Origin: an uncultured Nitrososphaerales archaeon
Lineage (GTDB): Archaea; Thermoproteota; Nitrososphaeria; Nitrososphaerales; JACAEJ01
Assembly: GCA_938091495.1 (NCBI GenBank)
Contig: CALLJF010000019.1
Span: forward strand, 1-62,762
Length of the DNA stretch: 62,762 nucleotides
Direction: 5' to 3'
The position numbers and the translations under genes were made by a program. Each line of letters opens with the position of its first letter. Positions within the stretch are counted from its first letter, which is position 1. A model generated the notes under the pieces. The model had not been told where the DNA came from, ran no database searches, and saw nothing but the letters and a program-made list of their open reading frames with translations. Shown here one piece after another: positions 39,323 to 49,781 of the stretch.

Positions 39323-39940
39323 ATGAGAAGCTCAGAATTAAGGATTTTGGGCATTTCAGGAAGCCCAAGGAAGGCTGCCACTGATTTTGTTGTAAGAAAG
39401 GCTTTGGAATACGCTAAAAATAAATATAAGATTAAGACAGATTATTTTCATTTTTATGGTAAGAAGATAAACTTTTGTTTACATTGTGACTATTGCATCA
39501 GAACGAAAAAAGGTTGCATACAGAAAGATGACATGGTAGAAGTTTACGCTGAGCTTGAAGAGGCAGATGCCATGCTTTTTGGAACGCCAGTATACAATGG
39601 CACTCTTAGTGGACAGCTCAAGACTTTATTCGATAGGTGCAGAGCTTTGGTGGCAAAGAATCCAAAAGCCCTAAAGAATAAGGTTGGTGCAGGGATCGCT
39701 GTAGGAGGAGATAGATTAGGAGGTCAAGAGCTTGCTTTGTTAACAATTCACTCTTTCTTACTCATCAACAAAATGATTCCAGTTAGTGGAGGAGCCTTGG
39801 GAGCAAACTTGGGTGGAACAGTATGGTCAAAGGATTTAGGTGCAAAAGGAGTGGAAGAAGACGTTGAAGGTTTCAAGAGCGTCTACAAAACGGTTGATAG
39901 GTTGGTTGAATTGGCTATACTGTTAAGGAAAACTCGTTGA
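39323..39940 (+). CDS. Iron-sulfur flavoprotein (Isf/flavodoxin-like)
   Basis: GISGSPRK, CLHCDYC..GC, GTPVY, GGQE. Confidence 0.85.
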   Translation: MRSSELRILGISGSPRKAATDFVVRKALEYAKNKYKIKTDYFHFYGKKINFCLHCDYCIRTKKGCIQKDDMVEVYAELEEADAMLFGTPVYNGTLSGQLKTLFDRCRALVAKNPKALKNKVGAGIAVGGDRLGGQELALLTIHSFLLINKMIPVSGGALGANLGGTVWSKDLGAKGVEEDVEGFKSVYKTVDRLVELAILLRKTR

Positions 39941-40531
39941 ATGAAAAGGTTTATAGTAAGATGGGAGAGTGCCAGAATGATGTCTCTACAACTGAAAAAC
40001 ATACAGAAGATGAGGAAGGCTCTTGGTCTGACTCAAAGTGATCTAGCAAGGCTATCTGGAGTTAGCCAATCATTGATAGCAAAGATAGAAGCAGGAAGAA
40101 TAGACCCTTCCTTCTCCAAGACCATGGCTATCTTTGAAACTTTGCAAAAGTTACAGCTAAAGAATTCTAAAAAGGTAAAGAGCGTGATGACGAAAGAAGT
40201 CATATCTGTAGATGCTGAGTCTAGTGTAAGGGAAGTAGTGAAGTTGATGCATAAGCATGCAATATCTCAAATGCCAGTTTTAAGTAAGGATGAAGTTATA
40301 GGAAGCGTGTCTGAAAAGGCGCTCATAAAGAAGTTAGCAGAAGAAAGCCCAAAATTGCTCTTCATGAAAAAAGTGAAGGAAGTCATGGAACCCTCTTTCC
40401 CTACTGTAAATGAAGATACTCCCATAGATCTTCTAATTCCTATCTTGAATTTTTATCCAGCGATTTTGGTGATGAAAGGCAAGATTATAGCAGGGATTGT
40501 GACGAGAGCAGACTTACTTAAGCCAGAATAA
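39941..40531 (+). CDS. HTH_3 + CBS domain transcriptional regulator
   Basis: LGLTQSDLARLSGVSQSLIAKIEAG HTH and two CBS domains. Confidence 0.9.
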   Translation: MKRFIVRWESARMMSLQLKNIQKMRKALGLTQSDLARLSGVSQSLIAKIEAGRIDPSFSKTMAIFETLQKLQLKNSKKVKSVMTKEVISVDAESSVREVVKLMHKHAISQMPVLSKDEVIGSVSEKALIKKLAEESPKLLFMKKVKEVMEPSFPTVNEDTPIDLLIPILNFYPAILVMKGKIIAGIVTRADLLKPE

Positions 40532-40575
40532 GATTTAAAAAAGGACCCTTCAGATTTAGGAGGGTAAGGGTAAAT

Positions 40576-40770
40576 TTGAAAAAGAATCAAATAACAGGAG
40601 CCATAATCCTTATCGCCAGCATATTAAGCATCATCATCTATGGTTGGCTCCTCTTCTTTACTGCGTCAACACCGAAGCCTGTGGAGCCAAAGGCTTCAAC
40701 AGAACTCGAGCAGTTTAAAGAAAAGGGGCAAGAAAGAGTCCTAGATTCTTTGACAGGTTCTAGCCTCTGA
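40576..40770 (+). CDS. Small membrane protein (possibly internally deleted)
   Basis: One TM helix (GAIILIASILSIIIYGWLLFF) followed by TPKPVE. Confidence 0.5.
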   Translation: MKKNQITGAIILIASILSIIIYGWLLFFTASTPKPVEPKASTELEQFKEKGQERVLDSLTGSSL

Positions 40771-40797
40771 AAAATTATTATAAAGAAAGATGAAAAA

Positions 40798-41364
40798 TTG
40801 ATTAAAAAGCTCATCCTGGTCACAGGCATGCCAGGTTCTGGAAAGTCCGTAGTTAGAGAAGTAGCAGAAGAGTTGGGCATACCAGTTCTTATCATGGGCG
40901 ATGTAATAAGAGATGAAGTGAAAAGAAGAGGTCTAAAAGAGGAGGCAAAGAGTTACGAATTCGTAATGAGGGACATTAGATCGAAACTGGGCGATCAGAT
41001 AGTGGCCAAGATGATAGCGAAAAAATTGGAACTAATTAAAACAGATATAGTGTTCATAGATGGAGTTAGAAGCCTCGAAGAAGTCAGATACTTTAAGACG
41101 ATAGCCAAGCATGTTCACATTCTCGCTTTACTGTCTCCTTTTCAAACTAGATTAAGACGTTTATCATCGAGAAATAGATCGGGAGACCCAAAGAATGAGG
41201 AAGAGCTTGAAGAAAGAGACAGGGCGGAGTTAAAGTTAGGATTAGGGGATGTTATAGCTAAAGCAGATTATTACTTTGTGAACGATGATAGACCAAAGGA
41301 TGTCTTTAAAGAAGACGTGAAAAAGGCCATAATTGGTTTAGTGGGGGTCAATCAGATAGGTTGA
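40798..41364 (+). CDS. Nucleotide kinase, dephospho-CoA kinase/UPF0200 family
   Basis: GMPGSGKS, MGDVIR, IDGVRS, RDRAELKLG. Confidence 0.8.
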   Translation: MIKKLILVTGMPGSGKSVVREVAEELGIPVLIMGDVIRDEVKRRGLKEEAKSYEFVMRDIRSKLGDQIVAKMIAKKLELIKTDIVFIDGVRSLEEVRYFKTIAKHVHILALLSPFQTRLRRLSSRNRSGDPKNEEELEERDRAELKLGLGDVIAKADYYFVNDDRPKDVFKEDVKKAIIGLVGVNQIG

Positions 41365-41740
41365 AGGGCTTCCCTTCGCTAAGTATCTCCTTTGGAATTC
41401 TTTCTTTGTTCTTAATCAAGAAATTCTTATCTTGTTTCTTATTTCTTAGTTGATCAGGCAACATATGAGGAATCTCATTTATAATAGGGTACCAACGACT
41501 ACAATTTTGGCACATTAGGATTCCTTCAACTATTCTAATTTGAAGACAACTTTTACAATCCAAATTTATTCCTTCATTCTTCAGATCTGCCACCTTCTTT
41601 TTATTATAGCCACAATAGTCATCACAAGGATTCACCACAACTATCGGTGACCCAGTATTTGTTTCGTCATATACTATAAGTTGAAGCGGGAAGGTCTTAC
41701 ATATGGGGCATGCCAATATGTCCATTAGTTTATATTTCAA
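41348..41740 (-). CDS. trm112: Trm112-family methyltransferase activator
   Basis: LMDILACPICK..EGILMCQNCSRWYPIINEIPHMLPD. Confidence 0.85.
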   Translation of the reverse strand: MKYKLMDILACPICKTFPLQLIVYDETNTGSPIVVVNPCDDYCGYNKKKVADLKNEGINLDCKSCLQIRIVEGILMCQNCSRWYPIINEIPHMLPDQLRNKKQDKNFLIKNKERIPKEILSEGKPFNLSD

Positions 41741-41784
41741 CTCTGTCCACGCATATATTAACGGAAAATGATTAAATTAACATA

Positions 41785-42615
41785 TTGTTTAATACCTTTG
41801 GCTTGAAGGACTGGCTAGAATTTCTCATAAAGACTTCTAGAGAGGTTTGTAGTGCCATTAGACCCATTATAGGGTCTGCTTCTGCTTCCGAAGTTGTTGG
41901 AAAAGGGGCTGGAGGGGACTGGACTTTAAAAATAGACAAATTGGCTGAAGATTTCATAATAAATTCTCTCAAGAAGAAGAATATATCGTGCGTGGTAGTT
42001 AGCGAGGAGCTTGGCATTATGGAGATTGGGAGCAAGCCAGATGTTTACATTGTAATTGACAGCATAGATGGCACTACGAATGCGATTAGGGGGGTACCGT
42101 TTTTCTGCACTTCAATAGCAATGTCAAGAGGTAATTTTATCAAAGATATTGATGTAGGAGTTGTGTTGAACCTTTCTGATGGTACCATTTTTTATGCTAA
42201 AAGAGGCAAGGGAGCATGCATGAACGATAGAAAGATAAAGACTTCTGATAGAGCATCACTTGAAGATGCAGTCATAGGAATAGACTTTAGCAAGGCTGAT
42301 GAGAAGGTCATCGCTAAATTGATGCCCCTTTTCAGGAAGGTTAGGCATATAAGGCACTTCGGCGCCAACGCTCTGGAAATCTGTTATGTAGCATCAGGGT
42401 CCATAGACGCTTTTGTAGATGTTAGAAGCATGTTGAGAGTTACAGATATTGCGGCATCTTACATAATATTGAAGGAATCTGGTGGATTAATCCTTACGCC
42501 TGATGGTAAAGAACTTGATTATATTCTAGAACCAACTCAAAGAGTATCCTTCATAGCGGCATCGAACCCAATAATATATGATAACATTTTGAAGATTATA
42601 GAACTAGGAAAATGA
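41785..42615 (+). CDS. suhB: Inositol monophosphatase/FBPase (SuhB family)
   Basis: VSEE, IDSIDGTTN, RHFGANA, DIAA. Confidence 0.85.
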   Translation: MFNTFGLKDWLEFLIKTSREVCSAIRPIIGSASASEVVGKGAGGDWTLKIDKLAEDFIINSLKKKNISCVVVSEELGIMEIGSKPDVYIVIDSIDGTTNAIRGVPFFCTSIAMSRGNFIKDIDVGVVLNLSDGTIFYAKRGKGACMNDRKIKTSDRASLEDAVIGIDFSKADEKVIAKLMPLFRKVRHIRHFGANALEICYVASGSIDAFVDVRSMLRVTDIAASYIILKESGGLILTPDGKELDYILEPTQRVSFIAASNPIIYDNILKIIELGK

Positions 42616-42635
42616 AAACCTTCTTGAAAACATAT

Positions 42636-43184
42636 TTACTTTAAGATTTGCCTTCTGATTAAATCAAGTATCTTCTCAGCACAAGCATCTGGATTCAGCT
42701 TTTCTGTATCAATTCTTAGCTCAGGGTTTAAGGGCTCTTCGTAAGGAACGCCTATGCCTGGCACTGTAGATTTTCCTTCAAGAGCCTTTTTGTAAATATC
42801 TTTAGGAGCTTGAAAAGTTTCTATGCGCCTACTTTCTCTTTTTATACAGGTTTCTAAAGGGCAATAAAAATAGACTTCCATGAAATTATTTATCTCCTCT
42901 CTTGCTTTTTCTCTATACCTTCTTCTATTCCCTGTTGCATCTATTATAACATTTACACCATTCTTTGTCAATATCCTTGCAACGTAGACGATTGTCCCAT
43001 AAACTACCTCTCTTTCCTCCTCTGTATACTTTGGCACTGGTGTTACCACTTTTCTTAGTTCGTCCGAGGATACTATCTGCGCTTTTATGCCATTATTCAT
43101 TAATTTATCAATTAGCACTTTTGCTACTGTCGACTTTCCCGATCCTGGAAGTCCTGTCAACCATACACACCAGCCTTCCCTCAT
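42636..43184 (-). CDS. Adenylyl-sulfate kinase-like P-loop kinase
   Basis: WLTGLPGSGKST, PGIGVPYEEP. Confidence 0.8.
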   Translation of the reverse strand: MREGWCVWLTGLPGSGKSTVAKVLIDKLMNNGIKAQIVSSDELRKVVTPVPKYTEEEREVVYGTIVYVARILTKNGVNVIIDATGNRRRYREKAREEINNFMEVYFYCPLETCIKRESRRIETFQAPKDIYKKALEGKSTVPGIGVPYEEPLNPELRIDTEKLNPDACAEKILDLIRRQILK

Positions 43185-43195
43185 GGCAGCACCTT

Positions 43196-44287
43196 CTAAG
43201 ATATGTATGAATTAACTTCCTTTAAATCGAACCTCTCTACGCTTAACACATTTTTTATGAAGTTAAATATCTTTATTCTCACATCCTCTGGCAAATTTGG
43301 ATACCATATTGGAGATGCAACGACTAAACTTCTCCATGCAAAGAAGGGTTGAATCACTTCGAATACTTCATAATCTTTTGTTTTATCTATGTAATTCTCC
43401 CAAAAATTCATAAACAGTTTTTCAAAGGGTCCTTCAAGCCTTCTATGAGCCTGCAAAGAGTAGAAGATGTAATTTATGCTCATGGAAGAGAGGTCATCGG
43501 CAGGCTCTCCCCACTCTCCTCTGCTTCTATCAAGGACCGTGAAGTCCAAGCCCTTTCTGAAGAATATGTTCCAAGGATGAAAGTCTCCATGAACCTGTGA
43601 GAGTCTATGGGTTTTTTTCTTTAGAATGTATCTCCAATCTATACACATCTTTTCTATCTTCTTAAACCCTTCTTCATCTATGTATGGCAGACCAGAAGGA
43701 TAGCTATCTATCAGGCCCATGATGCATTCCCCATGGCCCAAAAGTTCTCTAGCCCTTCTCGTGTAGAGACCATAATCTTTACTCTTCTTTGCATGTATTC
43801 TCACCAAATAATCTGACAAAGCCAAGCATCTTTTCACATCTAGTTCATCAATCTCATTGGTAGCCTTAATCCTGTCCAAGTCAGAATGATACAGCTTTCC
43901 ATCTACTTTCCTCATCAAGATAAAGTATTCAATGCAGTCTCCTAAGGACTTTAACTTGTACTCTTTGGTAAATGCGCCTACATCATAAGACCTTACATGC
44001 CTTGGTAGCTTGTTGAATGCAGAATTTTGCCATATAAGAATTTGAGCCCTATCAGAGAAGTGCTCATGACCAAAGCCCTCTCTCCTTAAGGTTTCTAGTA
44101 CCAGACTCTTCTTCTTGTCTTTGACATATATCTCAATTAGATAAGGCAGACCATACCCAAAGGCCTTCAGCTTCTTTTCAATCTTCGCCTTACCTTCACA
44201 AAGCTCTCCTATGTATTTTATGGTGACTTCATCCTTAAAGACGGATGACAGATATTTTTGTATTTCCTTAGAATCTATTTTAATCAT
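43196..44287 (-). CDS. Aminoglycoside phosphotransferase/choline kinase-like protein
   Basis: VHGDFHPWN catalytic loop, LDRSRGEWGEPADD. Confidence 0.8.
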   Translation of the reverse strand: MIKIDSKEIQKYLSSVFKDEVTIKYIGELCEGKAKIEKKLKAFGYGLPYLIEIYVKDKKKSLVLETLRREGFGHEHFSDRAQILIWQNSAFNKLPRHVRSYDVGAFTKEYKLKSLGDCIEYFILMRKVDGKLYHSDLDRIKATNEIDELDVKRCLALSDYLVRIHAKKSKDYGLYTRRARELLGHGECIMGLIDSYPSGLPYIDEEGFKKIEKMCIDWRYILKKKTHRLSQVHGDFHPWNIFFRKGLDFTVLDRSRGEWGEPADDLSSMSINYIFYSLQAHRRLEGPFEKLFMNFWENYIDKTKDYEVFEVIQPFFAWRSLVVASPIWYPNLPEDVRIKIFNFIKNVLSVERFDLKEVNSYIS

Positions 44288-44337
44288 TTTCAGACTCTTT
44301 TAACACGTAAATGTATTAATTTATTAATTTTATAAAT

Positions 44338-45843
44338 TTACTTTAGCTTTGAAAGCATCTTTCTCATATTGCTAAATATAGCAAGAGCTATTTGCCTAAA
44401 TTCTTTATCGATGATTAATAGCATCATAGCGTAAACCAAGGCGCCAAACCCTACTAGAGCTAAGACAGATACGACATAGTTGGAAAAGGTTGGAATGTAT
44501 TCAAGGTTGAATTTTAGCAACTGAAGCAAGATCGCCATGATGGCTGAGCAGAAAAAATACTTTAATAGATTTATAAATGGGAATCTGAAGTCCATAACTC
44601 TTTTGGCTAAAATCCATTCATAAATTGTAGAAGAAAGAGTGACTATAAAGGATAAGAATGCCCAGAGGAGAGTAAGTGTGAGGTAATCAAAACCCCAAAT
44701 ATTAGGAAAATACAACAGTACGATCAGGGCCAGGATGTAAAATATAGATGAGACATAAGTTATTAGAGGCACTATGAACAGGTTGCTCTTCATAAAATCC
44801 TTAAACTTTGAGTTCAAGTTTAATTCCACCTTCTCAGTTCCAACCAATATAGTGCCAAAAATTCCTGATAAGGAGAAGATCAAAGATGCAGGAATCATCA
44901 CTCTTAATACCCATAACAAGTCCGCATAAGTTGGATTGAGCAAGTATAGCAGAGGGCGAGCTAGTACAAAAGCGCCAGCACTCATGGGGATGCCAAACAT
45001 TAGCACAAATCTAATCGATGCTTCAACATCTCTTTTTCCTCCGCCTCCTAATAACCTTGGATAAAGGGCTATAGCCAAGAGGCCTGAGTACGTAATGACA
45101 TTGCCAATTATGTTAGGAACCCTGAAGTATGCTACTGGAATGGGCGAGCCTGTTAGAGTAGGGACTATGAGCCCATCTAAACTGTATAAAATTCCTGATA
45201 ATGAACCAAATATAGGAAGCCAAAAGATTTTGAGCCAGCTTTTAGCCAATTTTTTATCAAATTTGCCAGTTATTGTATTTTTTATCAGAAAAGCTTCTAA
45301 GAGTATCTGAGCCATTTGTGCAAGGGCTACCGCAAGTATAGCACCAATTATTCCCATTCTTGACTCTATCACAAGCCATACAGCCAATGCTACCTTTGCA
45401 ACTTCGAAGAGAAAGAATCCGTAACTTTGAACTTCTGGTTTTACACCTTGAGCGATAGACTCTAATGTTTGTAGAATATAGTAAAAGATGACATGAATCC
45501 CAGCTACTAGAAAGTATGTTAGAGGTGATTGTATTCTTTGAGCTATAGGAATAGATGCAAGGAGATAAGCTATAGCAGCAAAAGGGGCTATGGCTAAGTT
45601 CATAATCAGACCGGTCTTTGCAACTTTTTCACCCCTTGCCAGGTATCGAGTTACCCAATAGTTAGAGATAGAAGCAGGGAATAAGACATAGCCAATTATC
45701 AACCCTATAATTTGCCAAATTCCGAAGTCTGCCTCTGTTAGACGCCTTGTGACTATTATTGAGAACATAAGACCAGTAAAGATACTCATTATTCTTGTAC
45801 CATATGCCATCAAGCCAGCGTACCTTAGCCGGATATTACTCAA
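44338..45843 (-). CDS. Polysaccharide flippase/MATE-like membrane protein
   Basis: About 12-14 hydrophobic helices, RRLTEADFGIW N-terminal pattern. Confidence 0.75.
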   Translation of the reverse strand: MSNIRLRYAGLMAYGTRIMSIFTGLMFSIIVTRRLTEADFGIWQIIGLIIGYVLFPASISNYWVTRYLARGEKVAKTGLIMNLAIAPFAAIAYLLASIPIAQRIQSPLTYFLVAGIHVIFYYILQTLESIAQGVKPEVQSYGFFLFEVAKVALAVWLVIESRMGIIGAILAVALAQMAQILLEAFLIKNTITGKFDKKLAKSWLKIFWLPIFGSLSGILYSLDGLIVPTLTGSPIPVAYFRVPNIIGNVITYSGLLAIALYPRLLGGGGKRDVEASIRFVLMFGIPMSAGAFVLARPLLYLLNPTYADLLWVLRVMIPASLIFSLSGIFGTILVGTEKVELNLNSKFKDFMKSNLFIVPLITYVSSIFYILALIVLLYFPNIWGFDYLTLTLLWAFLSFIVTLSSTIYEWILAKRVMDFRFPFINLLKYFFCSAIMAILLQLLKFNLEYIPTFSNYVVSVLALVGFGALVYAMMLLIIDKEFRQIALAIFSNMRKMLSKLK

Positions 45844-45952
45844 CCTCGTCCTCAGACCTTTATAATACCCTACTCAAATAGATTTTCTGAATTAAGTTCA
45901 AAATCTACTTTAGTAAACTCTTAAAGTAAAAGAGGATTAGTATATAGATGAG

Positions 45953-46053
45953 CGCCGCCGGTCGGACTTGAACCGACGACCAACTGGTCTCTGCGTGGAT
46001 TAACAGCCTCAGCTTAGATTATCAGCTGCTCTACCACGCTGAGCTACGGCGGC
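45953..46053 (-). tRNA. tRNA-Asn(GTT) with two introns (30/31: 46008-46022; 37/38: 45989-46000)
   Basis: GCCGCCG acceptor stem; removing 15 and 12 nt restores GCTGG-CT-GTT-AA-CCAGT; both introns form BHB/BHL motifs. Confidence 0.88.
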
Positions 46054-46097
46054 TAGCCATTCAGCAGAGATTGCATTCATGGCTTTAAGTTTTGCTT

Positions 46098-48218
46098 TTA
46101 TATGGTTCCGCAATAAGGGGTGGGGCAACCTCCAGAGTATTCAGGATCAGCGCTGACATACTCTAAAGTTTCGCCTTTCTCCACACCAAGAACTGAACCC
46201 AAATACAAGACTTGTTCTCTCTTGCTACCATACCTATATACAGTTATACCTTTGCAGCCTAGCTTGTAGGCAAGAAGATAAGCATCCCTCACATCCTCTA
46301 CTGAAGCATCATGTGGCAAGTTAATGGTTTTTGAGACTGCGTTGTCCGTGTATTTTTGGAAAGCTGCCTGCATCCTTACATGCCACTCAGGCTCTATATC
46401 TAATGCTGTTACAAATAATCTTTTCACATCCTCTGGAACTCCATCAATCTCTTGAACAGAACCTTTCTTCGCTATCTCCATCATCAAGTCAGCACTGTAG
46501 AATCCTTTCTTCTTTGCAATTTCTTCGAATATGGGATTCACTTCTAAAAGTTTTGTCCCTTCCAAAACATTTCTTACAAAAGATACTGCGAATATAGGCT
46601 CTATACCACTAGAACAACCAGCAATTATAGAAATCGTGCCTGTTGGGGCAATCGTAGTCACAGTAGAATTACGAATCGCTTTGTAGCCTCTTTTCTGCCA
46701 TAGACTTCCATCAAAGTTAGGGAAGGAACCTCTCTCATCAGCCAGTTCTACAGACTTCTGTATGGCTTCTTTGGAGATGAAACTCATGAGTTTTTCAGCC
46801 ATCATCAAAGCTTCCTCAGAATCATAAGGTATACCAAGTTGGATGAGCATGTCCGCAAAGCCCATTACTCCTAAGCCTATCTTTCTGTTGGCTTTAGTGA
46901 TGCTTTCTGTTTGAGGTAATGGATACTTGTTAACATCAATTACATTATCAAGAAAGTGAACTGAAGCACGAATTGTATATCTTAACTTGTCCCATAAAAT
47001 ATCATCCTTGACCATGTTTGATAGATTTATAGAACCAAGATTACAAGATTCGTAAGGTAGTAATGGTTGCTCTCCACATGGATTCGTACTCTCTATCTCT
47101 CCAATTTGAGGGGTAGGGTTGAATTCATTTATTCTGTCTATGAATATGGCGCCAGGATCCCCTGTAGCCCAAGCCATTGTTGCCATCAAGTTGAAGACGT
47201 TGCTAGCTTTGAGCTTATTTACAGGCATCTTGGTACGAGGATTTATCAATTCGTATTCATCGTCTTTCTCCAAAGCCTTCATGAAACTGTCTGTTATAGC
47301 TACGGATAAGTTGAAGTTTGTGAGAAAACCTTCCTTTGATTTGGCTGTTATGAATTCGATTATGTCTGGATGATCTACTCTTAATATTCCCATATTCGCT
47401 CCTCTTCTTCTACCTCCTTGCTTTATTACATCTGTTGCAGTATCATATACGCGCATGAAAGAAACAGGGCCTGACGCTACTCCTTTTGTAGAGCCTACTA
47501 CATCTCCCTTCGGTCTTAACCTGGAAAAGGAGAAACCAGTCCCTCCTCCCGTTTGATGAATTAATGCTGCATACTTCAATGTGTCAAATATGCTTTGCAT
47601 AGAATCCCCTACTGGCAATACAAAACAGGCTGAAAGTTGCCCGATCCTTGTTCCAGCATTCATGAGAGTAGGAGAGTTAGGGATGAATTCAAGGCTAGTC
47701 ATCAGCCTCAAGAACTCTTCTTCGACGCTCTCCACATCTGTTGCTTTGTTATACAAAAGGTCAGCGGCAGCTACCGTCTTGGCTACCCTCTCAAACATCT
47801 GTCTTGGTGTCTCAATGACTTTGCCCTCTTCGTTCTTTTGGAGATATCTTCTTTCTAGCACGCTTACAGCATTGACTGAAAGTTTCAGCTCATCGGCCAC
47901 GCCAAAGAACTTCTTTGCTTCTCGTATTTCAGTGCGCTTCCTTCGATATAGAATGTAAGCTTTTGCTACATCAGCGTAGCCATTCCTTATTAGAGTTTCC
48001 TCGACTATATCTTGCACATTCTCAACGTGGGGAATCTTTCCTTCAAATCTCTCTTCAAGAGTCGCTACAACTTGATCGGAAAGCTTTTTTGCTTCTTCTC
48101 CATCCTCGCGATTCACAGCCATGAAAGCCTTATGTATAGCATTTGCTATTTTGCCAGCCTCGAATTTAACAATTCTTCCATCCCTTTTCTGAATTTCCTG
48201 AATTTTTGTGTTCAGCAT
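46098..48218 (-). CDS. nrdJ: Class II (adenosylcobalamin) ribonucleotide reductase with ATP cone
   Basis: N-terminal KRDG ATP cone, [32 protein letters not shown]-terminal CPTPYC. Confidence 0.93.
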   Translation of the reverse strand: MLNTKIQEIQKRDGRIVKFEAGKIANAIHKAFMAVNREDGEEAKKLSDQVVATLEERFEGKIPHVENVQDIVEETLIRNGYADVAKAYILYRRKRTEIREAKKFFGVADELKLSVNAVSVLERRYLQKNEEGKVIETPRQMFERVAKTVAAADLLYNKATDVESVEEEFLRLMTSLEFIPNSPTLMNAGTRIGQLSACFVLPVGDSMQSIFDTLKYAALIHQTGGGTGFSFSRLRPKGDVVGSTKGVASGPVSFMRVYDTATDVIKQGGRRRGANMGILRVDHPDIIEFITAKSKEGFLTNFNLSVAITDSFMKALEKDDEYELINPRTKMPVNKLKASNVFNLMATMAWATGDPGAIFIDRINEFNPTPQIGEIESTNPCGEQPLLPYESCNLGSINLSNMVKDDILWDKLRYTIRASVHFLDNVIDVNKYPLPQTESITKANRKIGLGVMGFADMLIQLGIPYDSEEALMMAEKLMSFISKEAIQKSVELADERGSFPNFDGSLWQKRGYKAIRNSTVTTIAPTGTISIIAGCSSGIEPIFAVSFVRNVLEGTKLLEVNPIFEEIAKKKGFYSADLMMEIAKKGSVQEIDGVPEDVKRLFVTALDIEPEWHVRMQAAFQKYTDNAVSKTINLPHDASVEDVRDAYLLAYKLGCKGITVYRYGSKREQVLYLGSVLGVEKGETLEYVSADPEYSGGCPTPYCGTI

Positions 48219-48319
48219 GTATCAACCCGTTATTTGAATATCAATAAGTCTAATAAATCGTTTTTTCTAAAAAAATAATAAATAGGCTTACTATGCAATT
48301 AAAGACTAGAGGGGCTGTC

Positions 48320-49604
48320 ATGGCAGGAGATTCCTTTCCATCCCAAATTTAAAACTAAAAAGGACATATTTGAGCAAGAGGTAGAGGTAGAGGGCCATCT
48401 AATAGATTCCATGATATTGACGAAGATATTCGATAGGATCATGGATTTGGGTGGAGACTTTGAAGTAATAGAGTTTAGAATAGGTAAAAGAAAGAAAGAC
48501 TATAGTTACGCTAAATTGGTAGTAAAGGGAAGGAATGAAAATCATCTTAATTTATTGCTAGAAGAGCTTTATCGTCTAGGAGCTTACTCTCCAGAAGTAA
48601 ATGAAGCCAAACTCGTTCCAGCGCCTGCAGATAAAGTCTTGCCAGACGGCTTCTATTCAACTACTTCTCATCCTACATCCATCTTGATAAACGGCAAATG
48701 GATCGAAGTTCAAGATCAGATGATGGACAAAGTCATTGTTGTGGATAAAGAATCAAATTCGGCAAGGTGCAAATTCATAAATGAGGTAAAGCGTGGTGAT
48801 CTAATTGTAGTCGGTGAAGAAGGTATAAAAATCAAGCCTCCTGAGAGGCCGAGAGAGGGAGCTGTTCTATTTGAGTTTATGGCCAGTAAGGCATCTTCTG
48901 AGAAGCCGTCAGTTTCTATAGTAAGACAGATAGCAAGGGACATGTATGAGGTAAAGGTTAAGGGAGGAAAGATAGCAGTAGTTGCAGGTCCTGCAATAGT
49001 TCATACAGGTGCTGCTTTTTCTTTTGCAAAGATGATAAGGCTAGGCTACGTGGATGCCCTATTATCTGGAAATGCTTTAGCTGTCCATGATGTAGAATAT
49101 GCCCTCTTTGGGACATCCTTAGGTATGAACGTGGAGAATGGGTCAACTTCACTTAAAGGCTACAGAAACCATCTTGCAGCCATAAATGAGATCATGAAGT
49201 CTAACTCATTATCAGAGGCTGTCAAAAAAGGAGTGTTAAAGAAGGGAATAATGTATGAATGTATTGTGAATGAAGTGCCCTTTGCTCTTGCTGGTTCTAT
49301 TCGTGATGATGGACCTTTACCTGATGTCATAACAGATGTAGTAAAAGCTCAGAAAAGGTACAGAGAGCTTCTCAAAGATGTAAAATTGGTCATAATGCTT
49401 GCTTCAACTCTTCACTCAATAGCCGTTGGTAACCTCTTGCCATCGACTATGAAAGTGGTATGTGTTGACATAAACCCTGCAGTTACTACAAAGCTTATGG
49501 ACAGAGGTACTGCCCAAGCAGCAGGCATAGTATCAGACGTTGGTACCTTTTTACCATTGTTAGTAGATGAACTTGAGAAGTATCCGATAAAAATCAATAA
49601 GTAG
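48320..49604 (+). CDS. TIGR00300-family (LOR/SDH-related, ornithine cyclodeaminase-like) protein; N-terminus needs a +1 shift at 48350 or a non-canonical start
   Basis: EVEVEGHLIDS upstream of the called ATG 48411; FYSTT, SSEK, GPAIVHTG, AGSIRDDGPLPD, HSIAVGN, KLMDRG. Confidence 0.8.
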
Positions 49605-49644
49605 CTTAAGACCATTTTTCATCAAGGTCTTTTTAGGGCTTTAG

Positions 49645-49732
49645 TGGGCCCGATGGGCTTCGATCCCATGACCAACCGGTATCTACCATAAAGTTATGAG
49701 CCGGTTGCTCTACCAAGCTGAGCTACGGGCCC
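49645..49732 (-). tRNA. tRNA with CAT anticodon (probably tRNA-Ile2), 14-nt intron at 37/38 (49681-49694)
   Basis: GGGCCCG acceptor stem typical of archaeal Ile tRNAs; ACCGG-CT-CAT-AA-CCGGT after intron removal; T-loop ATCGAAG. Confidence 0.85.
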
Positions 49733-49781
49733 TAAAAGGAATCTGACATAGTGGTATTTAGATTTTAAGTTAAACGAAACT

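Noticed and set aside
46098-48218. Intein in nrdJ (also checked cdc48 and lig)
   Set aside because: Protein lengths are normal and there is no intein-like insertion or HN-C/S/T junction.
49645-49732. Calling this tRNA initiator or elongator Met
   Set aside because: The acceptor stem GGGCCCG lacks the initiator A1-U72 pair and matches archaeal Ile-type tRNAs. Ile2 is preferred, though not proven.
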